64,000 nucleotides of DNA from Callorhinchus milii (GCF_018977255.1 NW_024704743.1:66032001-66096000), one strand, 5' to 3'. Counted from the stretch's first letter, positions 1 to 13,708 are shown. Notes: a model not told the origin generated them from the letters alone. Program-made: numbers and translations.

Positions 1-344
1 TACTGTGAAATAGAATGAGCTGACTGATGTTTTCAGTAAGATTCTTTGCCCTTGAGTGTAATCGCATCATGCGGATTATAATTTCATACTCACTCAAATT
101 ATTAAAAAAATACAGGAAGTGAATTATACCCCAAAACACCTAATTTTTCATCAATTCCTCTATTTCACTGAGGTTGTGTAATATAACGTGTGGTGAAGGT
201 GTTTATGCTGGTATGGGATTGAGCCAGCTGGCGCCCTAGCCACAACACTGGCTACTAGTTTTGGCAGGACTTGAATGAGAGATTGAGTGAGTTTAAGGCA
301 GTATTATATGTTATAAATATTATGGGTTTTATTTGCTTATACAG

Positions 345-402
345 GTGCGAATGGAATTGTCCAACATACTTACCATACCTCATAGTCTTCAGTGTTATGG
401 AA
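345..402 (+). CDS. Candidate 58-bp internal exon of an unidentified host gene (xCEWNCPTYLPYLIVFSVME)
   Basis: Acceptor ttttatttgcttatacAG and donor GAA|gtaacc. The frame is open, starting in phase 2 and ending in phase 0, in non-repeat context. The protein is not recognised. Confidence 0.35.
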
Positions 403-2704
403 GTAACCAAAGGTTCCACCCGCTTGAAATGATGAATGATTTAAGGACATCAGACAATTAACAAATCATTGATGCTGTTGATCATTGCCTTTATTTGGCC
501 ATTAACTTTGAGTTGCTGTATTGGAAGGCTTTAGAAGCAAAGAAAATGTATCTTTTATTTGGCCAGTTAAGGGACAACATTGATCCACTTGGGGTGATCT
601 AAGACTGCACATGCCTCAAGTGTAACAACAAAAAGATGTGGGATGGCTTATAGTTTGACCTTTAGTGCTGCGGTTTGAAAATCTGCTTTCAGATTAGTTC
701 CACTGTTTCTTCTAATCAGAGAAAGAGCACAGTCTTTTCTAATATTTCAGGGGGAATGGTGTTAGATAGCAACACTGAGAATTATTTTCCTCTCCCTGTC
801 TCTCTACAAACTACAGGTTTTCAAAGCCCAAACTTGGTATCAACTAACCACGACCCCATGATTTATCTCAACCGCTCTCCTAACCATTTTCAACCTTGGC
901 TGCATTCTGACTATGGGCCGTGTTTTCTTCACTATTTAAAAAAAGCAGAGAATCAATTAGGAAAATTAATTATAAAGTTTTTTCCCTGATCATTTCTTAT
1001 TTTTTTGTCCCTCCCTCATCCCCTCTCAACTGAAACATGAAAACTCGATTCAGTTGTAAGATACCATTTCTCCTATGGAAAGAAAATTGGAGCTGTTCAA
1101 AACCTGATCCTACCAAAACCCCAGTCTGGGTTTCATTTAGCTAAACCACCAAGGTTCGTCTAGGCTTAATTTGTATCAGAGTATTAGGTTTTAAGTTTCA
1201 CATAGATTCTTAAACACAAGAATTCAAAGTCATAGGAAGCTATGGCCAGATAGTGAAAGATGTAGTCTTTCTGCCTTTCATTTATATACTTAAAGATTGG
1301 GTAAATGCTTTCTTAAGGCTGAATGGATTTTGGTCAGAAATCTGAGCTGATCCAAATTTGTCTGGTCCAAATAAAAGTGCCAATAAAGAGGTTTTCAACA
1401 GTTTGGGCTCCAATAAGTTCACTTTTTTTGCTGGAGTTAATGCATTTCTATCTGGAAACTTGCATCACTGACCAGAAAAGATGGAGAAATTAGGCTCTTT
1501 TTAAATTGAGCTATGTGAAGGGGACTTTGAAATGTAAAGTGCTATGCTACTGAAATTTTGTTGCCAGTTCAGCACCAAGGAGACCTGCTTAACTCCCTTC
1601 CCCCACAAAAGAGTCCAACTGAAAGACTTATAAATTAATAAAATAATAATCCTTGCAATTGGTGCAATGTCTTTCACGTCAGGAGGACTTCAAAGGGTTC
1701 ACTGTAAAGTGGAATGACTCGATTTTGTAAGCGAAAGGTTTATCCAGGTTTCATTGAACAAAGAAAAGGGCACTCTGCACTATATTTGCACCAGTAACCT
1801 GAATAAACATATTCTTAAGCATCATCACTCCATTATCAGCAGACAGGAGCAGAAAGAGTTGTCATTTAGATGAAACATTCCATTTCCTTTGACTCTCCAA
1901 ACAAGTTAAAGTTTATCGTTTCACTGTTGTATTGACTTTATTAATGTCTAGTTTTGGTTTCTGTTCACATTCCCCCAAATTCTTAACTTGGTCATCTATT
2001 TATGTTCTGTCTAAATTATGTTGAATACTAGCCAGCATACTTTTAAATGCAGCCAGTTTTAATTTATGGAGAAGTATCACATTGAAAAATTCCACATGCA
2101 TTAGCCAATGTAAGAGAACACTTTATAAACACAGATAAATGATACATAGAATAAACAATACAAGTTGCGAGCATATAACCTTATTGAGGAATTAACAAAT
2201 GCCATTGAAGTCTAAATTGCAATAGTCACAAACAGATTTAAAAAGGCCAAGGTACATGTAGTGATTTCTGCCACTAACCAGAAATTTGTCACAATGAACA
2301 TGCATATTCTGCTCTGGAAGCAGACTGTATTTCAGTGGGGTTCCTGTAAATTGATGTGATGCGATTCTGTGAACCAGCAGGAGTTACTATTTGTGATTCT
2401 TGTGACAAATTGTGTTTGGACTCATGAGAATCAGTCTTGAATGGTTTGTAAAGTCTTTTCAGACTTGTGGATTATAACACATTTGAATCCTGTAAACTAA
2501 AGCAGGCTGTGTGAAAACACTTCCTTTTGTAAAGTAGGAGGTGCTATAATCAAATTATCAGAATGAAAAGAATTACAATTTAGTATTACATTATATATAT
2601 CTATTTAGAATTACAAATTGGGATTTTTGTACAGTCTTTAACATCTCTATATATCTAGTATGTTTAATAGAAGAATACAAAATAAAATTATCTTTTCTCT
2701 TACT

Positions 2705-3514
2705 CGTCTGCATCCAAGGCTGCACTCTCCACCTCTCAAAGCCAGTCAGGAACCTCGGCGTTTTGTTCGACCCTGAGCTGTCCTTTCTCCCTCACATCCG
2801 CACCACAACTGGCACCGCCTTCCATCACCTCCGGAACATCGCCAGACTACGGCACTACCTCACCCCTCACGCTGCTGAAACCCTGGTCCACGCCTTTGTC
2901 ACCTCAAGGCTGGACTATGGGAACTCTCTCCTCGCCGGCCTTCCCGCCACCTCCCTCCACAAGCTGCAGGTCATTCAGAACTCTGCAGCTCGTGTACTGT
3001 CCCGCACCAGGCTTCGCGACCACATCACTCCCACCCTCGCTCGCCTCCACTGGCTCCCCAGCCCCCAGAGGATTGATTTCAAGATCCTCATCCTCACCTA
3101 CAAGGCCATTCACGGCCTTGCTCCCTCCTACCTCTCCAACCTACTATCCCCTACCTACCTGCCCGTACCCTCCGTTCCTCTGGCTCCGGTCTGCTCCACG
3201 TCCCCCGCCCCAACCGCCCTACCATCGGTGGTCGGGCCTTCAGCCTCTCAGCCCCCAGGCTCTGGAACTCCATCCCCCAGTGCCTTCGCCGCCTCCTCCC
3301 TTTCCTCCTTCAAGGCCGGTCTCAAAACCTTTCTCTTTGACTGTGCCTTCAGCTCCCCTCTCGACTCTCTTCCCCCTCCTCGCTCCCTCCCTTCCCTCCC
3401 CTCACCCTGACCATTTCCCCCTGCTCGGGTCATGACCCAACTGTGCAGCGCCTTGGGACGTCCTCCTGACGTGAAAGGCGCTTTATAAATGGAATCTTGT
3501 TGTTGTTGTTGTTG
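2705..3514 (+). mobile_element. L2 LINE subfamily B, 5'-truncated 3' end (ORF2 C-terminus, 3'UTR, (TTG)n tail)
   Basis: ORF 2763-3410 contains AFHHLRNIARLR, HAFVTSRLDYGN, QNSAARVL, LHWLP and RIDFKIL. It ends AGCGCCTTGGGACGTCC...GGCGCTTTATAAAT followed by (TTG)n. Confidence 0.95.
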
Positions 3515-3744
3515 TACTGTTTCTCAGAAGGTGAGCCTCAGTGCCAGAAAGCTACCACGGTCACTAAAATATACTGTTCGCCTTAGTAAAGGCAACACAT
3601 TTCCCAATTATCTTTTGCAGGAGATTGCAGCCACTCTTATGCGTTATGATCACCTAATGCTATATTTAAATAAGACTTTAGCTCCTCAAAATAACTGCTA
3701 GAACCTAATCATTCGTATCAGTCAAAGTGACATTGAGTCAAATT

Positions 3745-3835
3745 AGAAAATTGCTGTAGATGTACAGGAAGTCTATCAGCAGCTGAATGAGAGAGACAGA
3801 CAAGCGTTTCAGGTGAGGCCCTTCATTAGACTGGA
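3745..3835 (-). mobile_element. Penelope-like terminal repeat fragment with decayed hammerhead core
   Basis: The minus strand reads CTAATGA-AGGGCCTCACCT-GAAACG followed by a CT-rich tract, resembling the arm of 24005-24230. Confidence 0.55.
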
Positions 3836-4536
3836 ATGACTGGTCTGGGGAAATCCTTTTATAGAATGGGGAATGCAATCTTCAATCCGTCAAACAATTG
3901 TAAATATTGTTTTGTTTCAAATCGAGAAAAAAATCCTTCCCGATCCCCAGGGAGCATTTTTTGTATTAAAAAAAACCCAATTTAGGATTTATATTACATT
4001 AACACCAGCTTTCAGCTGGCACCTGCAGTGATCCATTACACAAACTTTGGAGGTGAAAATTATGTGAACCCAGTTCAAAGTGTCTGAATCCATTTTTTGG
4101 CTGACCAGCCTGCCTCCTCCCCTTCTTAGAATAAAGTCCTGTTCACTCTTGTTGTACTTACCCAGGAGTATAGATGGTGTTGATGCCAGTGCTGGTACAT
4201 TCCTGCTCACCAACTCCAGTGCTAGGCCGAAAACATTTTACCGTTTACCTCATGAGCATTTGCAGTGTTGTGCCAAGTTGTAATTATTGCTGTTTATAAA
4301 TATAAAGTAGTGCTTTGCTATAAATGGATAAAGAAGCTAAATCCAAACCTTATATCATGATACTCCACTAGCTATTATTTTCTGTGCTCATTAGGATGTC
4401 GAACAATATTGCCAAAAATGCGACAAAAATTCTAGTTCTAAAAGACTGTTTTTTTTAAAAAATGTAAACCTGAGGAACTTAACCATTACGTTGTTTATTT
4501 TAGTATTGTTTTGAAAAAATCATCATTTTAATGAGC

Positions 4537-4796
4537 AACAACAACAACAACAAGATTCCATTTATAGAGCGCCTTTCACGTCGGGAGGACGTCCCAAGGT
4601 GCTGGACAGTTGGGTCAGGACCCGAGCAGGGGGGAAATGGTCAGGGTGAGGGGAGGGAAGGGAGGGAGCGAGGACGGGGTAGAGAGTCGAGAGGGGAGCT
4701 GAAGGCACTGTCAAAGAGATAGGTCTTGAGACCGGCCTTGAAGGAGGAAAGGGAGGAAGCAAGGCGAAGGCACTGGGGGATGGAGTTCCAGAGCCA
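4537..4796 (-). mobile_element. L2 subfamily B 3' fragment
   Basis: The reverse complement closely matches 3257-3514, including the tail; (AAC)n on the + strand. Confidence 0.95.
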
Positions 4797-5224
4797 GCAA
4801 GTAAGAAATAAAGTAAGAAATATGACCTGTTACCTGTTACAGCTTCAATAAGTTGTTCTTAGTTTTGTCTTATGCTCCTTGTGGGGCTCAGGAGAGGGAT
4901 ATCCTATTCAATATCTTCTGAAGTTAGAAATGGCCCTGAGAAAGGTTCCCAAGAGTCTTTTAACCCTTTATTTCTTGAGGTCCCTTTTAACCTTTTAATG
5001 TCTGCCTCTTCAATAACATTAAGAAACTAACGTGTTTAGCAGCACTCAGTGGAAGTCTCTTCAGCACTATGGAAATTTGGAGCTGGAAATATATATGCTC
5101 CAAATTCGTACTGATGCAACAGATTTCTGATACTTTCCAGCATTATCAGAAAAGCATTTAATAATAAATAATAATAATCCTTACATTTGGTATTCTGTGT
5201 TCTGTGTATGCTGATAGCACTCAA

Positions 5225-6106
5225 CTCCACTTCTCCTTCTCCAACTGCGATCCCCTGTCCTCTGATGTTCTGTCAGCTTGTCTGGATGAGCGCAAGTTTC
5301 TTGCAGTTAAATGTCAAGATGGAAGCCATATTCTTTGGCTCCTGTCGACGTCTGCTTTCCTGTGGTTCTGATCTCCTTAACCTACCCGAACTGTCCTTAA
5401 AACTCACTGAACCCGTGTGCAACTTAGGCATCAGGTTCAATGTCCAATTATTCTTCCTCACCTACAACCGGTCCCTGACCAGGACCGCTTTCTTCCATCT
5501 CCGCCACATTGCCTGTCTCCGACAATACCTCACTCCACAAGCTGCCAAACACCTTATGTACGCCTTCGTCACCTCTCGTCTGGAATACTCTAATGCCATC
5601 CTCACCAGTCTCCCCTCCTCCACTATTCACAAAATTCAACGCATTCAAAACTCTGCCGCCCGCATTCTCACCCTAACTAAATTCCGCGCCAAACTCCACT
5701 GGCTCCCTGTCACAGGGCAGGTCAACTTCAAGATCCTCACTCTAGTGCTTAAATCCCTGCATGCCTTGACACCCCCTATCTCTCTAACCTTCTCTCTACT
5801 CACAGCTCTACCTACTGCCTCCGCTCTACTGGTTCCAGCCTCCTCCTTGTCCCTCGAATCCTCCGCTCCACCATCGACTGCCATGCCTTCAGCCACTATG
5901 CCCTAAAGCTATAGAACTCCCTCCCTCAATTTCTTTGCCTTGCCCCTTCTTTCTCTATTTTCAGGTTGTGCCAGAAAACCTTCCCCTTTGACCGTGCCTA
6001 CGGTCACCTCTCCCTCCCCTGGTTCAGCATCTGGCTCCACCATTTTTAAGTGCTGTGGGATGCCGCCTGGCATAGAGGGTGCTATATAAATGCAAGTTGT
6101 TGTTGG
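5225..6106 (+). mobile_element. L2 subfamily A 3' fragment
   Basis: ORF 5187-5906 contains WMSASFLQLN, TRTAFFHLRHIA, AFVTSRLEYSN and LHWLPV. The tail is GTGCTATATAAATGCAAG(TTG)n. Confidence 0.93.
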
Positions 6107-7994
6107 TGTCATTGCTGTTTCACATTGGGAGGACATCTAAAAGTTCTTCACTGAATACACCTAAAATTGGTGTGACTGTCAAGCACGGTAGCCAATTCTG
6201 TACACAGCTGTGGGTGAAGTGCTTTGAGATGTGAAAGATGCTAAATAAATATAAATTGTTGTTGTTGTATTTGGAAGCTTGTTGCTCATAGTTCTTAAAA
6301 AGAGCTGATTAAAATTTGCTTCAAAATTAAGATTGATTTTGTAAAAATCCGAAATTGTGCACAATCTTAAATTTTAAGACTGTGGTCTTAAGGCTAAGAC
6401 CATGAGAAATTTCAGGCCTCAGGCCCCCACTCGGGTTGTTCCCTGCAGGTGCTCAGACCAGCATGTCAATCGGTCAATTACGCAATGTCAAGCCTGCAAA
6501 CCTCTATTCCATGACGCAGTGTATTGATGCTCCAGTAGATTGCACCACCGAATCACAACATAGGAGCATGTCCCAACAAGCAGATTACTGCAGGCTTACC
6601 CTGCAAGTCAGGCAATTATTGCTTGGAAGATTGTTATGAAATTATTCATAAAAGAGGTCGCAGGTGATATAAACAGACCTTGCTTATTACAATCGTCAAC
6701 ACTGTGATAGTATCGCAGGTGATAATTATCATCACAATTTTAACACCTGTTCAAATAAATCATAAATTCTACAACAAAGGGGCACTGACAACTGAAGCTC
6801 CAGAAGAGGGAAGTTCTTTCTTGGTTATCTGAATGTCTGGCACATACAGAAAAACATCAGCACACTCATGAGTACCCAAACCAAACGACAGAAAGTTTCA
6901 CAAAGGCATAGTAGTTTCTGGAATGGAGCGCACATATTCTGCCTGTGGAGACGCACCCTGTTCACCTAATCCTGGAAAGTATCAGGTGCAGTTTGGCAAG
7001 AGCCAAGGCTTTGGGACCCCAGAGTGCCTGTTGGAATACTGTTGGAGCTTAACCACCTAAAACCTTGTTAAAGCTCTCCGAGACGCTGTCGGGGTGAAGG
7101 GTGCTATATAAATGAAAGTGGTTGTTGTTGCTTTGACATTGTAAATATTGTCTGATACGCTTCCCACTATGAGACATAGGACCCCCCTATCCACTAGGGT
7201 TTGGGCTTGCAGGGTTAACGAGAGTTAAATGGGAAGAATCTCTGACCACATGGGAGGGCCAAATTACCTTTACAAGTCTTACCGACATACCAGGCTGGCT
7301 GGTCTTACATGAGCATTCCTCTGGATTGCTGCAAATCTGGCTAGCTGAAAAGAGAAGGCAAAGAGAACAATTAGAGTGAACAACTTCACACAGAGTTTGA
7401 TATGCTGGGGACTGGAATATCTAGAGAGGTAGTGGGGGCATATTGTGTCAGGAAATTAAATAGCATATTAGATAGTTAAATGGTGAAAAAATCGATTGAA
7501 ACATAGGGTAGAGTTACTTTGTGACAACCTAGAGAGGACCACAATGACCTTTAGCAGCCCTATATATTCCCATGACATTTACCCATTTACCAGCCCTGTT
7601 AGTGATTATTTTCTTTTGTGTTATTCTCATGAAACCATAAATATTTTGATATGGCAACGTAAGCAAGGCAATGGGATTTTAATTACACCTACTTATGATC
7701 TGTTTCTTGTTTAAGGTTTGACAGAAACTTTAGGATATTGTTTATTGTTGTATTTTTGTTAGTAAAAGGCCCGAAGGCTCTTTTTAGTAATAGCACCTCC
7801 CTGGATGTGTGCATGCAACTTAGTCAGCTAACTGCTAACACAATTAGATAATGATTTGGAAAGCAGGTTAGGAAATCACAATAATTTTACCTGAAATCTA
7901 GACATCAGAAGCATTGAAAGAAACTGAGCATTGCGTGGTTTCCAATTGGGTTGCTGCGCGTTGAGCAGAGTTTAAACATATGGACCATGCACTC

Positions 7995-8375
7995 ACTCCC
8001 AACCTCTGTGACCTCCTAACCCCAACCAACCTGCCCGCTCCCTCTACTTAGCAGACTTCAGCCTGCTTCACATACCCTGCCTCACCCGCCTCACCATTGG
8101 CAGGCGGGCCTTCTGCCATTCTGACCCCACCTTCTGGAACTCCATCCTGCAGTCCCTCTGCCTCGCCCCCTCCATTGCCTCCTTCAAGATCCGTCTCAAG
8201 ATCCTCCTCTTCCACCGTGCCTTCAATCAGCCCCCTTTCCACCCTGCCCTCCACCCTTCCTGATCCCGACCCCCAGCTTGGGTCCAAAATACAACACTGA
8301 CTGTCCAGCTCCTTGGGATGTCCTCCTGACGTGAAAAGCGCTATACAAATGTAATTTTGTTGTTGTTGTTGTTGC
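7995..8375 (+). mobile_element. L2 subfamily B 3' fragment
   Basis: Homologous to 3135-3514, with a (TTG)n tail. Confidence 0.9.
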
Positions 8376-10203
8376 TCACATTGAATGGTTTTATGATGCT
8401 GCTGCACAAGATTCCCTATGGTCTGGTACCAACTGAACGTATTAACTCAAGAATGATGAGGCTCTATATCAAATGCAAGGATTGCTATTATTATTATTAT
8501 TATCATTATTATTAAGTCTCACAGGTGTTCAGTTGAGCTGTGAGAGTTGAGAAGTTAAGTTGAGAAGTTAACTTACTAGCAATTTGACTTTTGTACAATG
8601 TTTCATCTGAAAGATTTCCACACAGCCATTGTTCTGTTTGGTAATTGTGGAGTTTCGGTGCCCCAGCATACTGAAAGCATGTTTTGTCAAATAGCTGATG
8701 AGGAAACTCTGAAGCATGAGACAACAGCTACTGGAAGCTGTTCCTGGTGTGAGCTTGTGAACACACACTATTACATGAGGGTCTTGGTATTCACTTTGGT
8801 AAGCAGCTGCTAATGAAGCTCCAAACCTCCAACTGGTAGAACCATCGCACAATGGGTAGAGATGTGTGTCCGAGCTGTGGGCAGGAGGATAGTGAGAATG
8901 CTTTCACCATTTCACTCTGAGCTGTTCTGCTCACCTAGAAGCTTGCAGGGAGTTCCTGGTTCCTGCTATCCACCCAAGTGAAGGCTCAAACCTACGCCTT
9001 ATACTCTCCAGAATTGGATAGGCCAGGTGTGTCCAGCGAAGGAGGGTACTTGTATTCCATTTCAGACACAGGGAAATTTGTAGGTGGTAATGCATATGTG
9101 GAATTTCCGGTCTGCTTTAGGTATTCCAATGCATTCTTAAAATGGGTTTCTGCATGTGTCAGACCAAAAGAAAATCATGAAATGTAGATTTAACTCAACC
9201 TCTATTTTATCCTGAACAACAAATCCAGGATGTGGAATAAGAATTCAAGGTACAGAAGTGAGAATTCAAGGCAACACAAAATCTTGGAACCAGCTTTGGA
9301 GCAAGTAATATTGATGTTTCATAACAGATTCTACAAAGCAATTCATAAACACGGAATCTCTTGTGAATCATCTAATTTTTGACCTACCATATTTTTCCCT
9401 TCCCTTCTTAATCATCTCTTACTGTGCATCATTTCCTGCCAAGGGAAATGCAGGCATCCTGCCCCAAGGCCTTTGGGACTCTTCACTACTTGAGCCAATT
9501 TGGCACTGTTATGATTGTCACCCAAATGGTCTAAAGCGTATTGATCTCAACTCACTTGAAGTGGAACTATGCCTTATTGGAAAGATCTCCTACTATCCTA
9601 GGTACACACAGAAACATGTCACTCTGTTGACTACCATTAAGTTGACAGTAGGTCACTTTCCTGGTCGTCAAAACTCATATTGTTCCTCAGTGTGATCATG
9701 CTTGAATGGTGGTGGATATGCTCAGGTGACCTAACCCAGATATAATTGTAAGTCAGGTCAGAAACAGAGAGAGAGACAAAATAAACTCTATTCTTAAGCT
9801 TTGATTGTCATCAGCACTATGAGAACTCAACTAATCGTATTACTGGTTCAGCGATTTGTTATTTAAATTAATATTTGCTTGTATGCTGTCACAAACTGCT
9901 TATGGAACTCTACCTAAGCAACTTTTATTCTCAACCTCAGTATTCACAGATATAATGGATTTTTCATAAGATGCACTGCAACCCCCGCCTCTCTCCAGCC
10001 TGTCCTAGACATCTGTTGTGGGGTATAGACACTTCTAGAAGAATTATTTGTTTAGGTCAGATAAAAATAAATGTATCATTCCACGTAGTGATCTTTCGGT
10101 TACCAACGATGACAACAATAGTTTCAAAAGCTAAATTAGTTTTGTTGGTATCATAGCCATAGTAACGTTAATTTACAATTGAAATGCTTCCAGTTAAGTC
10201 AGT

Positions 10204-12255
10204 CAACAACAACTTGCTCTTATATAATGCCCTCTACGCAGGACAGCGTCTCACAGTGCTTAAATTTTAAGACTATTAAGACAATTTTAAGACAATTGCG
10301 GAGGCTGACTCCAAGCTAGGGGTGGTGGGCCGGTGGGGTGGGGGGGGATGTGGGTACGGAGTTTGGTCTGGGTCAGTATGTGGGCAGTACAGTTCTGAAA
10401 GAGCTGGATTTTTTGAATAGCGGAGCTGGGGAGACCGGCTGTGCGTTTGAATAATCCAGGCAGTAGCTGAGAAACGCATGCACGAGGGTTTCGGCTGTAT
10501 TTGGAGTAAGGTACAGTCGGAGACGGGCAATGTGGTGGAGGTGGAGGAAGGCGATCCTGGTCAGCGACTGGATGTGGGGGAGGATGGACAGCTGGGGGTC
10601 AGGGTAAACTTCCACATGTATGCGGATGACCCGCAAGTACGGCTTCCATCTTGTCCACATTCAGCTGCAGGAAGTTTGCACTTATTGAAACCCTGATGTC
10701 TGCCAGACAAGCTGACAGAACATCGGTGGACCTGGAGTCGATAATGGAGGAGGCAAAGTATGTTTTGCGTGTCATCCGCATACATGTGGAAGTTTACCCT
10801 GTATCTGGGATGACATCGCCAAGAAGGGGCATATCGATTAGGAAAAGAAGAGAGCCAAGGATGGAGCTCTGGGGTACCCACATGTGACTGGGCGGGGATA
10901 GGAGGAGAAACTGTTTGCCAAGATGAAATGGAAGCGGTTGGTTAAGTAGGACTCGAGTCGTGGGAGTGCGGTCCCACTAAAGTGGATGAGGGAGGAAAGG
11001 CGATGGAGGTGGATGGCATGGTCGACTGTGTTGAACGTGGCAGAGATATCCAGGAGGGCAAGGGGGCAGAGGGAGGCCTGGTCATAGATAGAGAGAATGT
11101 CGTTTGTAACTTTGACAAGCGCTGTCTCTGTGCTGTGGGCAGAGCGACAACCAGACAGTAGGGGCTCGAGGAGAGAGTGGAGGAATAGGTGTGACCAAAG
11201 TTGACCTGCAACAGTGTGATCCAGGACTTTAGCAAGGAAGGATAGGTTGGAAATGGGACAGTAGTGTGAGAAGTTAGAGGGATTGAGGGTGGATTTTTTG
11301 AGGAGGGGTGTGATAACAGCAGTTTTCAGGGGGAGTGGAACAGAGCCTGAGTAGAGAGTCTGGTTGACTGTGTCGACCAGCAGAGGGGAGAGAAGGGGGT
11401 GTTGAGTGACCAGCAGCTGGGTGGGGAGGGGGTCAAGGCAGCAGGTGGTGAACTTCGTGCGTATGACTGTGGTTGAGAGGAAGGAGAGAAAAATGGGAGT
11501 TAAAGGAGAGGGGAATAGCAGGAGCCATGGTGGAGGGAGAAGGCGGTGTGGATGGTCTGGGTGAGGTGGAAGGTGACATGGGGGGTGGGGGGAGGACGGT
11601 GCGGCCAAGTGGATGTTTTCAATCTTTGAGGCGAACAAGTCTAGGACCACTTTACACTTGGCGGATTTCTGCCATCTGCACTCGAGCATCCAGGTTTGGG
11701 TTTTAAGTGAGCAAAGATGACTGTCGTACCAGGGGGAGCGGCTGGGCTTGGAAATAGCCCTGGATTTCAGGGGAGCCAGGTAATTAAAGTTTGTGGAGAG
11801 ATAGTCATTCAGCAATTTGATGGCTGCATCAGGATTGTTGCGGGTGGAGGGCCAGAGAGAGAGGAGGTCTGAGAAAGAGAGGGCATTTTTGAGGGACTCA
11901 GGGGGAAGCTTTTTCCAGGAGCGGGAAAAAAAAGTGGAGGGCTTGGAAGAGGGGAGGGGCATGCTGGAGGAGAGGGAAATGAGGAAGTAGACTGAAATGG
12001 CCTTGTCCACGATGGACAGGTCGGAAATCTCAAGGCCATGTGTGATGACGAGGTCACATGAGTGGGTCGGCAAGTTGATGTGGGGGGTGAGGTTTAGGGA
12101 GGAGAGGAGGGCAGTGAAGGAGGTGGTGCAAGGGGAGTTTAGGTGGACGTTGAAATTACCCATCATGATCAGGTATTCACCACAGAGGGACAAGGATGAG
12201 AGGAGAGAGGAGATATAAGTGAGGAAGGAAGCAGGAGGGTTGGGGTGGGATGGTC
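10204..12255 (-). mobile_element. L2 subfamily A, longest copy (~2 kb): end of APE endonuclease, RT domain and 3' tail; frameshifted, with internal deletions
   Basis: ORF 10838-12193 contains [48 protein letters not shown] and LLDISATFNTVDH. FHMYADD lies in 10561-10881. The (AAC)n tail is at 10204. Confidence 0.96.
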
Positions 12256-12311
12256 AGCGCGATCTAGGAGGTCAGTTGCTGTAACAACCTAAACAACAAC
12301 ACCTAGTCAGC

Positions 12312-12912
12312 CAGCGTTTCTCAAATCAGTGTGATTTTGTGTAGCCAAAGCAGCTCCCCAGCACCCCCACACCACATGTGTACCAATATGCAGCTGCTAT
12401 TACCTAGCTTTACTGTCAATACAGTGCTATTTGTCCAAAGCGTAATTGCTCTTAACCACTAAGACGATTACAACTGTACTGACAACTCTGGTAATAATAA
12501 TCATTTTTATGCACATCTCAAATGGTTTCCATTTATTATGCTGTTCTTGTTACTTACTGTCTGTGGAAGATTTTGTGAAAATAGCATTTTCTCAACTGTG
12601 GTTTGCCAAATGCACAGAAATAAATGAAAAACATTTGAGATGTGCGTCATAATTTTTTATGCTCTTCTAATCTTGTTACTGTCTGTGCAAGGTTTTCTGA
12701 ACAAAAAAGTGCAAATACATTCTGTATTCTGCAAATGTGGTTTGTCATATGTTCTGAAATAAATGAAAACTATTTGAGATGTGCATAGGTCTATAATTCC
12801 TATATTTTTCATATGGTTAGCCAAATATTTCTAGGAAAAACTAGTCCTGCAGCTTCCAGTAAATGTTGGTAGTCACACACTGAAGCAACTAAAAACATTT
12901 GGAGAACCACTA
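12312..12912. mobile_element. Possible decayed non-autonomous hAT (Charlie-like) element
   Basis: Left end CAGCGTTTCTCAAA and right end TTTGGAGAACCACTA resemble Charlie-type TIRs. No clean 8-bp TSD. Confidence 0.4.
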
Positions 12913-13521
12913 TCCTACAGCATAGTTTTGCCTAGATTCTCTATAATCCCTAAAGTAATGAAGCGCAAACTCCTGAATATTCATCTACATCCCATTTCTG
13001 TACTACACATTGCTAGCCTGCTTTCCCCCACTCACCCCACACTAAGCTGAATTAGGTCGAATCCATGTTCCTCAAACGGGAATGTAGGTTGTTCCCCCAG
13101 ACAATGCTTTTGCTCCCTAATCTGGATTCCTAATCGTCAAACGACGACACAACAACAACAATCAATTACATTTGTATAGTGCCTTTCACATAGGGAAGAC
13201 ATCCCAAAGCACAGATCCAATTCCTTATTCACAACCACCTGAGCAAGCCTAAGCCTGGTGACCAAGGTAGATGTGTATTGCAGTTTCTCCTCATTGTGAG
13301 AGAAGATCAAACTCCTCAGATCGAAGCTCCACTACTGATCCAGGCCAATAGAAGGTGAAAGGTTTAGTTATCCTGGCAGTATCTCCACCCACATGGAAAG
13401 GCTCAAATTGTGGCTCCCAAATAATACTGAACCTCAAGGGGAGACCACTAGCAGGCGCAGCCCACGGAGTAACTGACAAGAACTTGACCTTAGCCAAAAG
13501 TCCAACTAATTCCTTCAAAAG

Positions 13522-13708
13522 AAATTGGTCAATTCAATCCACGACTGTTTGTGGGACACTGCTGCACACAACTGACTGCCGTTTTTAGCCCACAAAATAT
13601 ACAGTCAATCATTTTACAGTATATTCTGTGAAGCGCTTGAGACGTCTTGAAGACGTGATAAGGCGCTATATCAAATGCAAGGATTATTATAATTATTATT
13701 ATTATAAT
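13522..13708 (+). mobile_element. tRNA-Ala SINE family, 3' half
   Basis: Matches 54910-55083, with an (ATT)n tail. Confidence 0.9.

Noticed and set aside
4162..4221. 60-bp minus-strand exon with a GTAAGTAC donor
   Set aside because: It shares GTACCAGCACTGG and TCACCAACTC motifs with dispersed repeats near 31057 and 48330, so it is probably repeat-derived.
8695..8720. CTGATGAGGAAAC as a hammerhead core
   Set aside because: There is no room for stem II and no flanking stems.
10838..12193. 451-aa ORF as a functional gene
   Set aside because: It is L2 ORF2 with degenerate motifs, internal deletions and a frameshift before YADD.
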